From assembly GCF_006345805.1 (NCBI RefSeq), contig NW_021835978.1, forward strand, positions 23,605 through 87,604: 64,000 bases of DNA, read 5' to 3'. This document shows positions 1 through 15,675 of this stretch, piece by piece. Made by a program: the position numbers and the translations under genes. Within the stretch, counting starts at the first letter, position 1. Each line of letters begins with the position of its first letter. Source of the DNA: Octopus sinensis (lineage: Eukaryota). Below the pieces are notes generated by a model, which saw only the letters and a list, made by a program, of their open reading frames with translations, had not been told where the DNA came from and searched no databases.

Positions 1-264
1 ATTTTTTTTTATATTGAGTTCTATTCTTCTTCCGAAAAATTTTGTTTACCGTTTTTGAAATTTGAATAAATTTTACTTCTTCACAGACAATAAAGTGTGA
101 AGTTGGAAAAAAACAAAAAAACAAACACAGATGAATTTAAGCGACAACCACATATTTCATGAATGCAGCATTAAAAAATCTAAATAGAAATAAAATACAC
201 AGTGAGAATAAAATTCTCAATGAATAATATAATCTTGACAATGTTTTCGGCCGGTATCAGAGAA

Positions 265-308
265 AACGCAGTACGTGTTTCAGTCTTATTATGACTTCAT
301 CAGCGCTC
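265..308 (-). ncRNA. Minimal type I hammerhead-like motif (Penelope pLTR type), stem I degenerate
   Basis: Minus strand reads gagcg-CTGATGA-agtc ataataa gact-GAAA-cac-GTA-ctgcg. Core is intact and stem II has 4 bp, but stem I pairs poorly. Confidence 0.55.
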
Positions 309-599
309 AAAAGAAACGTACAATATTGCACACTATTTCATGTAGGATAACAATATAGTTTGGAGGAGAAATAACTTAGAGACGTCATCTGTTAGAAAGA
401 GCAATAGTCAAAAGGTAGCGTTAATGTACTTAATGCAGGATGTATTTTCCTTGTAAATAGAGTTATAATTTTTCAAGTGTATAAATTCAGCCAAGTGTTT
501 ACCTCCTAGAGACTAAAATGAAACAGATATGAGAATTTGAAAGGTGATTATAAGTCTCAAAATTTAGGCTAAATAGAAAATACTAGTGGTCAAATTTCT

Positions 600-1032
<433 letters not shown>

Positions 1033-1889
1033 CTTTTCCCGTCCCTCTCTAAATATTGTATTTCACAAAAATAAATTTATACAGACACACAGAGACACTC
1101 CACTACACACAGTGACATACATACACACAAACACACACACATATACTCTCTCTCTCTTACACAAACACACATACACGCAGATGATGACTATGTATGAAAA
1201 ATTAAGAAAAAGCTCAAAAGGCAAAAAACACTGTTGTCTTAAAAGTGAAGAATCTGCAAATTCAATGTTTAGTATTGGAGAAGTGATGAGATTTGCTGAT
1301 GGAGAAACCAGAGTGAATGGAAGAAAGAAGGAATCGGTAGATGGAAGAGAACTTGGTGAAATCTTAAAAGAAGACTTCAAAAGAGCAGAGAAGAACTAAA
1401 GCGTAAGCTGTGTAAAGATAAATCCGAATAGTGTGAAGTCTTTAACAAGCGAAGTAAAATAATAATAAAATATATGGATTGGGGAATAGCTTATATCTTA
1501 GATTCTAGCAACTGAAAACTTGTTCTATCGTTAACATAAAATTCCAAATGATAGAAGCAGGACAATGGAAGAAGTAACAGGAACTGTAAGTGACATGAGT
1601 TTAATGTAGGCTGTTTATAGGAAACTCAAAGAAATTAATTTGCTTTCTGGATATATATTATTTGTCGAATTGGATAATGTTAAAAGTTATAAAAATATAT
1701 TTGTTCGGTGTCTGTGTCGAATCAGCAGAGTCGCTAAAACTTCCAATAAAATGTTTCGTAGGATTTGCTTCAGCTTTGTGTTTAAATCTAACTGCGGTCA
1801 CTTGGTCTTTTTGATGATTTAGTGTTTGAAAATAAAGTACGTGTCTATGGCGTATAAGAGGCACCCTTCGAGATATTTTCGGAAACATG

Positions 1890-2395
<506 letters not shown>

Positions 2396-4179
2396 ATGTA
2401 CTCTTATTTACAAGTAATTAAAAGTGTCTTTTGGGGGGGGGCGGGGGGTTTATCATAAATAGACTACGTTATGTGAGAGTAAAATCTTTAATTTACTTTC
2501 TTTCAGATCCCTTTCATAGTTGTTTATATTTTGGTCATGAAACGATGCAGGATGTAAAACTTGGTATATGTAGATAGGATGTATTCTGTAACCTCGATCG
2601 GGCAAAAGGGTACCACACCACTGCTATGATTTTGTTGTCATCTACTGATTGCAAATAACTGACATGTGGAGTTAAAAATTTTTTAACATTCTTTTCCTCA
2701 TTCAAGGAGAAAAAAGGATGCCTTTTCTTCTTTTTGCCATAAGAGAGATATATTCTCCGCGGTAGCTGCAGTGAGTTTGCCTTTTAGCAGTTGCAATATA
2801 TCACAAACATAATTTAAGTAACCTAAATTTTGCTTTCATTTTGACAATTTTAAAAAAAAAAAAGAAAAGATTCTTAGAGGTAATAGAATCATTAAATACT
2901 GTAAGACACATGTCAGCTGTAGGTTTTGTACGCTGAGAAAGGAAGTATGAGACCATATAACCGTGCCACTTAACCGTTGAAAACAGTAAACAATTTTCTA
3001 GAAGTTTGTACTAACAGCCGTAATAAGAACGCTTTTAATCGGTCGACTTTTTAATCAGGTCTGAGCTGGAACAACTCAATAACAGCAACAACACGAAAAC
3101 ATATTAGCTCAGCAGACAACCAATGAAAGATGTTCAATATGAGTGCCTGATTTGTATGAAGTAGTAAATAAATCCCGTTGCAATCACGCAAAACAGCGTT
3201 GTTTTAAAAACTCACACATTAGATGCAACATGTCCACGGTTAGAACACCATCTAATCAGAGATTTTCACGATCTGGAGTGACCTGCAGTTAAAGAACACC
3301 AACAACACGGACAAAATAATGTACGCTAAGAGTTATGAATCCCGGAGGAGTAATTCCGACATTGCTACAAGACCAGAGTTAATTTCATTGAATAATTACC
3401 GAAAGCCGATATTATGTTATTGAGACAGCTAGTCCAATCAAAAAGTTTCCTATCAAATATACGCAGGAAAAACCTAGATTCTGCCAAACGCTACAGATTC
3501 AAATGCATGTAATACATAGCTAAGCAGCGGATGCAATATAAAGGTTGCCACAATAGCAATCACAATCGAATGGTCGTGATTGATTGCGGTGGGTTGGGGT
3601 TTGGTTATGGTGGCTCGTGGGTGGTGAAGGCTGGTTGAGGTCAACTGAGAGTGATTGAAGGAGAGTTTGATTGACTGTGGTTGATTATGATTGGTTGTCG
3701 TTGTAAATGTTAGTGGTGGTTGATTGGGGGTGGGTAAGGTTGGTGATGTGTGATGAACGAAAGTGGATTTGATCGGTGGCGGTTGATGGGTGCCTAGTGA
3801 CGATTAGCTGTTTCCATTATGAATGGAATATAGAATGGTATACTATTGGCATGGCAGAAGAGTCAATAAAGATTTGCTGTATAGAATCGGTACATTAGTA
3901 TTTCGTAATAGATTCATTGTATGGAATTATAGAATGGAATAAAGAAAGACAATTTTTCTATAGAATAATGTGCGACATAAAATTGCTGCGTGGAATAGAT
4001 ATATAATACACGTGACTCTATTAATACGTGTCTGCGTCTATATATATATAAGCACACACACATAGAGACACACACACACGCACACACACATATAGACACA
4101 CGCAGGAACACGTCCACAATCACACACACCTACATAGATATATAAATGAGAGTGGGACTAATCGTCTGTGAATTTATTA

Positions 4180-5261
4180 GTGTATGTACATACATATATG
4201 TATATATGTTATATATGCAGATGAAAAAATATACATTAAATGCCATGTATAAATATATATATATATATAGATATATTATATATATATATATATATATATA
4301 GATATATTATATATATAATATATATATAGATGTATATAAATATGCATATATCTATAGCTACAGATATAGATATATACATATTTGTGTGTTTATGTTGTAC
4401 ATATACATGTATGTGTGTTTATGTCACATATATACATGTATGTAAGCCATTACATACATACATATATATATAAATGTATATATTTATGCATATATATGTA
4501 TATATATATATATATATTATATATATATATATATATGTATGCCTATATATGTATGTATATATATATGTGTATACATATATAGATATATGTATGTATACAT
4601 ATATATATATATACATAATATATGTATATACAAGTATATATCTATCTATCTACATGTATACGTATACATGTGTATATATATAGGTACATTTGCATCTATA
4701 TCCCTATAAATACAGAAGCCCGTATCTGCACACATACACATACTCACACACACACACACACACATACGTATATCGGTGTATGCATGTACGGAATGAGTAT
4801 ACGTTTGATAGATTATCAAAGTCGTTTGGGGAACGAGAAAGTTCCTTGCGATAATTGTTGCGGTGCTGATAAAATCTTTTTGACGCTCGAGAATTGGGGT
4901 GGATTTAATCGAGTTCCAATCTGTGTCAGTTTGTTATAGACTCGCTAACAAAATATATGGCAGCCGACAAAAGACACAAAAAAAAAAAAACGCATACCAA
5001 TTCGAACTTACTCCTACATAAATACGTGTGCAATATATCTCGTTAGTAGGAAGGCCATTAAAAAGGAGAAAAAAAACCCAGCAAAATTTATGTGCAGACA
5101 TAAATGTGTGCCTGTCTGTGTGTGTCGGTAAAATATCACATATACATACATATATACATGCAAACATATATACATACATATAAACATGCATTATAAATAC
5201 GTATGTATATTTATGCACGAATATAATTTACACCCACATATGTATATATGTATTTTATACA

Positions 5262-5293
<32 letters not shown>

Positions 5294-5412
5294 AATTATA
5301 TATTATATTATGAACACACACACACATATATATATATATTTGTGTGTATGTATATATAGGTATACATATATATGTGTAGATATATAAGTATATATATATA
5401 TATATATATACG

Positions 5413-5462
<50 letters not shown>

Positions 5463-5791
5463 AGTAAGTAAAGAGATGCATGTCCACATGTCTACGTATG
5501 TGTAATAAATAGGAGCGTATATATTCATATATTGCAAAAAGCATATATATATATATATATATATAATATATAGATATATATATATATATATATATTATAT
5601 ATAGATATATATATATATATATTATATATATATATATATATATACATATACATTTATACGCGTACAAATACTCATTACCAAGTATGAATATGTATATATA
5701 TATATATGTATGTATGCGTCATCGTTATATCTAAGTATCTACGAAAGAATGCATACATTTTCATACCTATATATGGATAAGCGTTTATATG

Positions 5792-5829
<38 letters not shown>

Positions 5830-6018
5830 TGTAAGCATGTACGCATGTATGTGTGTAAATATATTTGTATGTGTGTATGTATGCATATACCTTTGTGCGT
5901 GCATGTGTGTGTGTGCGCGCGAATATACGCAGGAATACTAGTAATTACTTACATTCAAAATTCAATATCAATGACAAGGTGATTTTGCATAGAATTAAGA
6001 ATATAAAATACGCTTATA

Positions 6019-6058
<40 letters not shown>

Positions 6059-6406
6059 TACATATATATATATATATATGTGCATAATATGACACACTCA
6101 CATACGTATATATATATATGTCTGTGTGTCTGTGTCTCTGTGTGTATGTATATCTCGATATAGGTAGAGCATGAGGGTGAGATAGATTAGTAGATAAAAA
6201 ATAGTGCCGTATGAATGAATGCATATATTTATGTATTTGTATATGTATCTGCATAAGTTAAGAGTATATATATATATATATATGCATACGTACTCTATAT
6301 GTTAATATATCAGTGCACGCGAACAGAAACAAATGGATAGATATCTTTTATGTAACTCGAGTATATAACAGACACTATATCCAAGGAGACATACATTTAT
6401 ACACAC

Positions 6407-6460
<54 letters not shown>

Positions 6461-6779
6461 TACATACAAACACACACAGACGCACACACATATGTATCGC
6501 ATGTTTTAACATACGTACATATGTATGTATAATCAACGTATATATTCTCATATGGTGATTACACATTATTTTCAACCATCTTTGAATGGCGGGAACACAA
6601 TATTTCAATCACAAAAGACTATATTATAGCTTGAAGATAACTTAGTTATAGCGTTCCATTTTTTTTCAGCTGGTTGTTAACAATGGCGTCCTTATACCGA
6701 TAGAAATACACGATGTGCCTGTATATATATTCTGTTTTTTCCTTGTTGCCATGTAGCATACACACTAATACGAATATGC

Positions 6780-6847
<68 letters not shown>

Positions 6848-6970
6848 GTTTTTTAATATATATTATGTATGTATAAATATATGTATGTATATATATATTA
6901 TATATATATAATGTATGTAATGTATATATATATATATATATATATAATTATATATATATATGTATACACA
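4180..6970. repeat. Extended (TA)n/(CA)n/(TATG)n low-complexity region
   Basis: Directly visible; source of the YIYI/HTHT/CVCV pseudo-ORFs. Confidence 0.9.
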
Positions 6971-7129
6971 TAAAAGATACGTTATTTTCTATACGTATTT
7001 GTAATAAGCAGGTTGATAGCTTGTTAATTTTACATATATGATTAATTGATGCATGGGTACTGATTGTGTTGATGTGTGTAGATATATGTATGTCTATATG
7101 TATGTGAATATGTATGCTTCAGTATATAT

Positions 7130-7360
7130 CTATTTCTTTACTTCCCACAAGGGGCTAAACACAGAGAGGACAAACAAGGACAGACAAACGGATTAAGTCG
7201 ATTATATCGACCCCGGTGCGTAACTGGTACTTATTTAATCGACCCCGAAAGAATGAAAGGCAAAGTCGACCTGGGCGGAATTTGAACTCAGAACATAAAG
7301 ACAGACGAAATACGGCTACGTATTTCGCCCGGCGTGCTAACGTTTCTGCCAGCTCGCCTC
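7130..7360 (-). mobile_element. SINE family B (ggcggcgagctggcag head)
   Basis: Reverse complement of 7480-7710, with gagttcaaattcc B-box-like motif and gtcgactttgcctttcat core. Confidence 0.9.
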
Positions 7361-7479
7361 TGTATTACACAGAGACATGGTCAACTGACATTTTCTCATT
7401 TTCTGTAGGCTCAGATCTTGTGAGTGAAAATAGTTAGAAGTCCGTCGTACGGAATGCAGCTGTAATTCTAGACTTACAA

Positions 7480-7862
7480 ACGGCGAGCTGGGAGAAACAT
7501 TAGCACGCCGGGCGAAATGCTTAGCGGTATTTCGTCTGCTGCTACGTTCTGAGTTCAAATTCCGCCGAAGGCGACTTTGCCTTTCATCCTTTCGGGGTCA
7601 ATTAAATAAATACCAGTTACGCACTGGGTCGATATAATCGACTTAATCCGTTTGTCTGTCCTTGTTTGGTCTCTCTGTGTTTAGCCCCTTGTGGGTAGTA
7701 AAGAAATAGATATTTCGCCCGTCGTTACGTTCCGAGTTCAAATTCCGCCGAGGTCGACTTTGCCTTTCATCCTTTCGGAGGTCGATAAATTGAGTACCAG
7801 TGAAATACTGGGGTCGATGTAATTCCTAGAATTTTCAGCCCTTGTGTCTATTATGGAAAAGA
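7480..7862 (+). mobile_element. SINE family B with partial internal duplication
   Basis: ggcgagctgg...gagttcaaattccgccg...gcctttcatcctttcggggtc...taccag; the segment repeats from about 7710. Confidence 0.9.
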
Positions 7863-8288
7863 TTATAATAATAACAATAATAATTATTATCATTACTGTT
7901 ATTATTATTGTCATTGCTTATATCCAATACAGTTTTCCAACCTAGTATTTACGTGAAATTATTATAGCGTTATATGTGCTTCGAGTGACAGTTCCCCCAA
8001 AAAGTTTCTTCACGTTCCTATGAAAATGTTCAAATTCTTCTGTATACATACACACACACACACTTGCATATACAGTCGCACCCGCACACACACACACACA
8101 TGTATGTATATGTGTATGTATCTATTTACATACGTACATACATTCGTACGTACATGTACATTCATACACACATAGCCATGTATATGTATACTTACATACT
8201 TGCATACACACACACAGACAAACACACACGCACACACATAGAAGCACACACCACACATACACACACAACGCACACACACACACCACAC

Positions 8289-8338
<50 letters not shown>

Positions 8339-8744
8339 CATGTGGTCAACTCTCTCCACTATTAATAGAAATTGCTGACTAGAGTTATCTCAGTAAGCAA
8401 ATGAGAATCCTATAAGTTGGACAAAGAAAAGAATAAAAGCGCCAAAAATTGTGCCAGTGGAAACCGCCAAAATAATTGCTATCATTTGCGACGATTTGAA
8501 AGAATGGTTAATTTCGTGATGGAATACATGTCTTTGACAATACAATGGTAGATATTAGAGAGTGGAAGCTATTACAGCTTACACTTAAAATGATACAGTT
8601 ACTTCCTTGGATTTCGAACAAGTGTAATTTTCATGTCTACAAGAGATAGTTATATCGTGTTGGTTTCTTAGTTTGTATCTGGTCTGTGTAAGTGAGTACG
8701 TATCAGTACGAGAAGAGGAAATACGTACATGTACATATATATAT

Positions 8745-8836
<92 letters not shown>

Positions 8837-9068
8837 TATATATACATATACATATATGTATATATATGTATATATATATATATATAATAAATATATATAT
8901 ATATATATGTATATATATATGTATATATATATATATGGACAAATAGATGCTTCTTTATATATGTATATATATACATACATACACATATATATAGGCAAAT
9001 AGTTGCTTATTTATATGTATATATATATAATCACGCATGTAGACAAAAACGCATTCAAACAATCTTTC

Positions 9069-9101
<33 letters not shown>

Positions 9102-9440
9102 TGTATATATGTATGTATGTATGTATGGCCACAAGGGGACATTACGTATTTATAAGTATATATATGTGCACATATACATAAGTTCATGCATACACATACA
9201 TACATGTAAACATAGATACACTTATAAATACGTAATGTCCCCTTGTGGCCAGTAAGAGAAATAATGGTTCCTACGTAATATACGTCAGGATATGAAGTTA
9301 TTTGACAAAATTGGTTGAAAAATATATTTAGCTGCTGTTCTCTGCACTAGTAATATATGTCAATTATCTATACATAAACGCATACATGAATATACACACA
9401 TATACGTGAGTTTGTCGTTATGTGAATGTCTTTCTGTGTT

Positions 9441-9499
<59 letters not shown>

Positions 9500-9719
9500 T
9501 GTGTGTGTGCGTGTATAATTCTTATAATGACATGTTAAGGAATTGTTGTACCTTTCCTTGGTCTTCCGATTAGTACGGAGCAGCTAGGGATAGAAATAAA
9601 TACTGCACCAGATATCGGAAATAAACTAATGAAGGAAGTTAGAACACTAGAGGGCGCAATCTGTGACTACTCGATCGCGTCACGTCCAAAACAACTGTGA
9701 TTACCGACAAACTGCTAAA

Positions 9720-11040
9720 ACTTTAGGTATTTTGCAGAATTAGGAACTCTACAGGAAATACACTACCTGTGTCTGGCAGGGTAAGTGCTGAAGCAATGTC
9801 AGATAGTATGGTATTAGTTTTGCCCTGAGGAACTCGCTATTGGAACTGCCTTTTCAAGATGGTGAAGACACGTGACAAAGGACACAAATGGATTTTTCTC
9901 ATTGCAGTTCTATTCATCCGATGGTATGTGTCTCTCGACCTCTTCCGTGCCAACGCTCCAAACCTCTGCGCAATATACAAAGACCGAATTATAAGGCCAG
10001 ATCGCAAGGATAATTCTGTTGACATCAAATCAAGAACAGCTGTTGCTGCTGTTTGGCGACATGAGCACCAAAATGACTACAGACTACGACTCCTTGCCAA
10101 AATGCCTGTAGCAGCATGGAGTGGACAGCATAAATGACAAGGGAAAAAGATTCCATTATTTTCCTCAATTCCTAGAATGTGTGTGGACAACATTTATTTC
10201 CGAAATATTTGTTAGCACAAAATGTCTTTGAAACATCACCGTTCCAAACACGGGGACCAACTAATCGTGATGCTCATAATACGAGACCACGTGAGGAATG
10301 CGCTTACGATTCTGTCGTTTCGTAGTTCCGACTGCGACACAGATCATTCTTTTGTTTTCTGCAATATTAAATTTAAACCAAATAAAATGTTCTACATAAC
10401 AATCTGCCACATGAAGTTCATTGGTGTCGCGAGCACAGTGCCACCCAAACAGAGCAGAAGGGTTCCTCATATTTTTGGAATATGCTATTCCTGCAAAAAC
10501 AACAAAGATGCACAAATAAGATATGCTACGGTGAAAGATTTGGATATGAAACAGAGAAAGCATGTCTTAAACAAGAGATACATCTAAAAGATTTCCACCC
10601 TCGCAGCTTGAAACCTATTCTGGATATGAGGTTAACTGATCGAATCATCAACTGTAATATCCTTGTTCACGTGTCGACATCCAGGGATCTTCTCCAACAG
10701 CAACAACGAAATTTCCACTGTAGGGGCATGGAACAGTGCATGTGAGATGGGAAGATACAGTAAAACTCCTACTTCTATGGAAAACTGTCCTTTGAAGAGA
10801 ATCACACGGACATTATCAACTTCATTTCATAAAAATTGTCTGCAAGGGAGATATCGAAGATTTTTTACATTGAAGATATTACAAGATAGGAGTACGCGGC
10901 TGGTGATCGTTCTCGTTACAGACTGGAATTAGACAACGGTGTGAAAACTACAGAGAGAGGACCGAGACTTGGTGATGAAGGAAAGCAAAATCGACAAAAG
11001 TAGCACTGAGTGTCTTAAAAAACCACCGTAATAAAAACTG
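9720..11040 (+). mobile_element. Decayed, internally deleted RTE-clade LINE (APE end joined to RT C-terminus)
   Basis: ORF 10222 contains HRSKHGDQL...RDHVRN...SDCDTDHSFVFCNIK, the RTE APE C-terminal motif. ORF 10482 contains LKDFHPRSLKPILDMRLTDRIIN, similar to the RTE post-RT FHxRxLRRILxIxWxDRxxN motif. Confidence 0.75.
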
Positions 11041-11269
11041 TTATTCACTTTTGGGCCTCTACAATCACTGCAGAAGCTACACTGCCAATAAGACATAGGC
11101 ATTTTCCCCAGGTGTCTAAAGGATGCATTCAAGCACAGACAAAATATACATACTCACATACATCAGAGCGGTTGTGTGCGCATATGCATGCGTATGTTTG
11201 TACGTGTTTTTATTCGGCATTTTTAGAATTTTTGTCAAACAATTGATATATATATATATATTTATAGAA

Positions 11270-11445
11270 AAGTAAAACACGAAGACAGGTGTATAAACAA
11301 CAAGCAGGTGTATGAGTTTGACGCGCGAGAAGGTGAGAAAGTCTTCTACTTTTCGAGCCTACTCTCTTCAATAGAAAGGAATACGGGGAAATAAACAAAG
11401 AGAGAATAAAAAAAAAAACTTGTGGAATTAGTGGTCAATCATGGC
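11270..11445 (-). mobile_element. Short Penelope-pLTR-like repeat (family P1) with hammerhead-like motif
   Basis: Homologous to 40452-40636, 57001-57194 and 21421-21455. Minus-strand motif ctattgaa-gaga gtag gctc-gaaaagta at 11341-11378 is degenerate. Confidence 0.6.
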
Positions 11446-11604
11446 AAATGGTTGGAAAAGGTAGTTGGACAGGAGAGCTAGGAAGAAGGGGAGATAATAA
11501 AGTACTGGTAATCCCTGAACGATGGTGCGCATGCATATCTGTATGTGAGAGTGTGTAAAGTATGTGCGTGTGGTTTTATAGTGACTTTGATGTGTGGATG
11601 TTTG

Positions 11605-11663
<59 letters not shown>

Positions 11664-11710
11664 GGTCGGTCTATCTATCGGTCGATCCACAGCCCCTAAC
11701 TTACTTGGTG

Positions 11711-11742
<32 letters not shown>

Positions 11743-11759
11743 CATACATAATGATGTAC

Positions 11760-12043
11760 TAACCCGTCGTTAGACGACGTATGGGGGCACGACAATTTCT
11801 TCCCAAAGAACCACACAGATGATTTATTTATAGTGATCAAGTGTTTGTGTACACATAGGCTCACTCTGTCCATCAAATCGACATTACCTGTATAATGGCA
11901 ACGTATGTCACATGTCAGATGACGAAATGATCGCAGGCCAGCTTGAAATGAAGAGCCTTGCTCAAGAATACAACGCACCGCCATGTCTGGGAATCGAACC
12001 TACAATCTAGCGATCGCGAGTGCAACACTTTAACCACTAAGCC
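11760..12043 (-). mobile_element. SINE family C-related, old copy
   Basis: Minus strand tggcttagtggttaaag...ggttcgattcccagac (A and B boxes); ends in cgtc...acgacggg like the family C tail. Confidence 0.6.
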
Positions 12044-12784
12044 ATATATAAGTTCATTGGAATCTGAGTCAACCGCTTATTAAACACATGAAAGTCCAGC
12101 CAACTGTGTTGTGCTACTTTCTTTCGTTTAGTATAAGTATATGTATATATTACATTTTCACATTCTCTTTCTCTCTATCCCTCCCCCTCCCCCCTCTCTC
12201 GCTGTGTATGCGTGTGAGAGCATATGAATTTCTGCAATTTAAGGTTTTGTTGAAACACCTGTGTGTTTCAAAGATCTGTTTACTCAGGATATGAACACGC
12301 TAATAATGCTTGAAACTTTATTACTGGAAATAGAATAAATCGAGATATTTGTTATAAAAACCTGTCAACTAAATCACAGGCTGCGTTTTTCGCATTGTTT
12401 TCTCTTAATTACCTTCCAAATACAATCCGTCAATTCATTTCAAGCGTTTCCCTAATTGTAGCTGAACCTAATAGAATATCTCGTACCAAAATATGAAAAA
12501 GAAAACATGGCGTGCGAAAGTTATCAGCCGTCTCAATTAAAGCAGTCAACCCTATAAACAATAATATGATGAGTTATGTACCGGATATCGTGCGCAAGAA
12601 AATATTTAATTAATTGAAATTTTCCCCTTAGCTGGTGAAGACAAACGAAAAACATGTCGGACATTATCTTTTAATCTTGTAAATAATATCGGACTTTAAT
12701 TTTCTCAATATTCCTCGGTGTTATTTGATAAATATGGCTGCGAATTAGTAGGATCGTGACAGCGTAATAATTTTCAACTTTTTT

Positions 12785-13272
12785 GCACAAGGCCAGCAAT
12801 TTTGGGAGGAGGAGTTAAGTCGATTACATCGACCCCAGAGCTCAATTTGAACTTGTTTTATCGACTCGGATGAAGGGGAAAGTTGATGAAGGGGAACGTT
12901 GACTCGGATGAAGGGGAAAGTTTTATCGACTAGGATGAAGCGAAAAGTTGACGTCGGAGGAATTTGAACTCGGAACTTGGACGAAATGTTGCAAAACATT
13001 TTGCCCGGCGTGCTAACGATTCTTACAGATCGCCGCCTTCATGCCGTAAATGATATTGATTTCAAATTTTGGCACAAGGCCAGTAGTTTCGGGGGACGCT
13101 ATAAGTTAATTTCATCGAATCCAGTGTTCAACTGGTACTTATTTTATCGACCCGGAAAAGGGTGAAAGGCAAAGCTGACCTCGGCGGAATTTGAACTCAG
13201 AACGTAAAGACGGACAAATTGCTTCTAAGCATTTTACCTGACGCTATAACGATTCTTCGATCACCGCCTTCA
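12785..13272 (-). mobile_element. Two tandem SINE family B copies
   Basis: Two units of gcacaaggccag...gaatttgaactc...cgcc (12785-13040 and 13065-13272). Confidence 0.85.
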
Positions 13273-13366
13273 GACTGTAAATAATATTGAACGTTAATTT
13301 TCAGCGTTATCTGTTAAATATGGCGGCGAATAGTAAAAAGAAAACTACAAATTAAATCTTCAGGTT

Positions 13367-13501
13367 TCTTCTTCTTCTTCTTCTTCTTCTTCTTCTTCTT
13401 CTTCTTCTTCTTCTTCTTCTTCTTCTTCTTCTTCTTCCCCCTTCTTCTTCTTCATCTTCTTACTTCTTCTTCTTCATCTTCTTATTTCTTCTTCTTCATC
13501 T

Positions 13502-13590
<89 letters not shown>
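13367..13590. repeat. (TTC)n followed by (CTA)n microsatellite
   Basis: Directly visible. Confidence 0.95.
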
Positions 13591-14584
13591 ATGTGTTCTT
13601 TTTTATTTTTGGTTTTTGTTCTTCCTATTTTTTATTCTTTTCTATTTGAAAGCAGCCGATTGTGACCAGACCACGAGCAAAATGGACTCCACCAAGATTA
13701 AAGACTCCAACAAATGCCGGTTATTAAGATGACGCCTTTATTATTCCACCTGAAATCGAATGTCCAAGACAGTAAAAAAAATTTCTTCGTAGTTGTGGCC
13801 GCAAATTGGTCCGGTAATTGTTCGCAACGATGCTTTGTATAATCAACATGTTGCTAGATAAGAAGGAAGAAATTCTAAACAAAGAATTTCCCAACAAGAT
13901 GCAAAACGTTAACCATTTACAAGACCTTTATATAAAGATCCATTTAGAAATTAATTCCAAATCAGAGCACACTTGAACGTTATATGTTTTGAAATATAGG
14001 GATTTGAGATCATGTAAGCAAGCATGTCTCTCTAGTTTGGCTTTTATCCTTTCAGAATCAATAAAATAAGAACCATCCAAGAAGAGATTTACAATTTAAA
14101 CGAATTAACTCGTAACCCAACTTTGAACCCTCGTAGAATAGTTGCAAATAAATTCCTCTTCGTAGACGTGCCCTAATCGCTTGCAGGTCATCTCAGATTA
14201 GCGAGGTCGATCTGGTAGTTGTTCAGATTGAGATCTCCTCGTGGATATATGCAGCAAATTCGTGGGAGTAAGGATAGAGCTGGAGATTAGTGCTGTGTTT
14301 GCACAGCGATTCTTGTAAAACCGGATCATTCAGTAAGTTCAAGATACGTTCACTTGAGGTGATGTATGATATATATATACATGTGTGTTTATGTATGCAT
14401 ATATATATATATATAACTATATACATACATATATATGCATGTATATATACATACACACATAGCTACGTATTACATATATATATATAATATATGTGCGTGT
14501 GAATGTATATATATATATATAGAATATATCAAGTATGCATGTAACACACACACACACACACACACACACAACACACATATATAG

Positions 14585-14617
<33 letters not shown>

Positions 14618-14642
14618 TCATAATGCAAGTGATATATATGTG

Positions 14643-14673
<31 letters not shown>

Positions 14674-15597
14674 GTATATGAATATATACTTATATTATAT
14701 GCATATATGATATATGTATTTATGCATATATATATGTATATGTATGTATATATATATTATATATATCATATATACATGTCTACATAAACATATATGACTA
14801 TGATTATGTATGTGCGTACGAGTATATATATGGGTATGCATATATATGTAATATAAACATACGTATAATATATAATTTTATACATATATACATACACGCG
14901 CACACACACGCACACGTGCATAAATATATATATATATATATATACTTATGTGTATGTGCATGTGTATTTGTGTGCAAGGATAGATTAAAATATCGATCTC
15001 CAGAAAGTGAATGTCAATAATCACTAGGATTATAATTAATCAACTTGGATTAACTAGCATAAAGATACCCCCTCCTCCATCTGTTTCTCTCTCTTTTTCT
15101 CTCTTTCACACTCTACACGCACACACACGCATACACACACACATACAGTTATGCATAGGAATATAACCACGCAACGCATACTCATGTATCCACTTTCATA
15201 TACATATACTTTGCTAAATCAGATACATATATATACACATATACAAACAATCAATCAAGTGGCCATAATATGTATAACCCACATATTGATCTGCCAACAC
15301 GCAAGCGCATACACATGCGCACACACACGCAAATGGAAATCGTGTATATACTTGTATACAATTACAGATGCACAAAACTCCATACTTATACATACACACA
15401 CACGTGCTCAGAAAAGTACCTTTATAAATAAATTCAGCTAAATCTGAAGCATAAGAGCTCTCCTACACATATACATGTATATATAAATATGTATGCATAC
15501 ACATATATACGATAAGGATATAGGTGCATACAATACACATATATGTAAAGATGCACATACATTGGGTAAGAAATAACTATAGGTGTACACACACATA

Positions 15598-15642
<45 letters not shown>

Positions 15643-15643
15643 G

Positions 15644-15675
<32 letters not shown>

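Noticed and set aside
1112-1399. Lys/Glu-rich ORF
   Set aside because: It starts in a (CA)n tract and has no recognisable motif or splice context; it may be a TE remnant but cannot be supported.
4382-9255. Many YIYI/HTHT/CVCV ORFs here and throughout the window
   Set aside because: Dinucleotide and tetranucleotide microsatellites lack stop codons, so these are artefacts.
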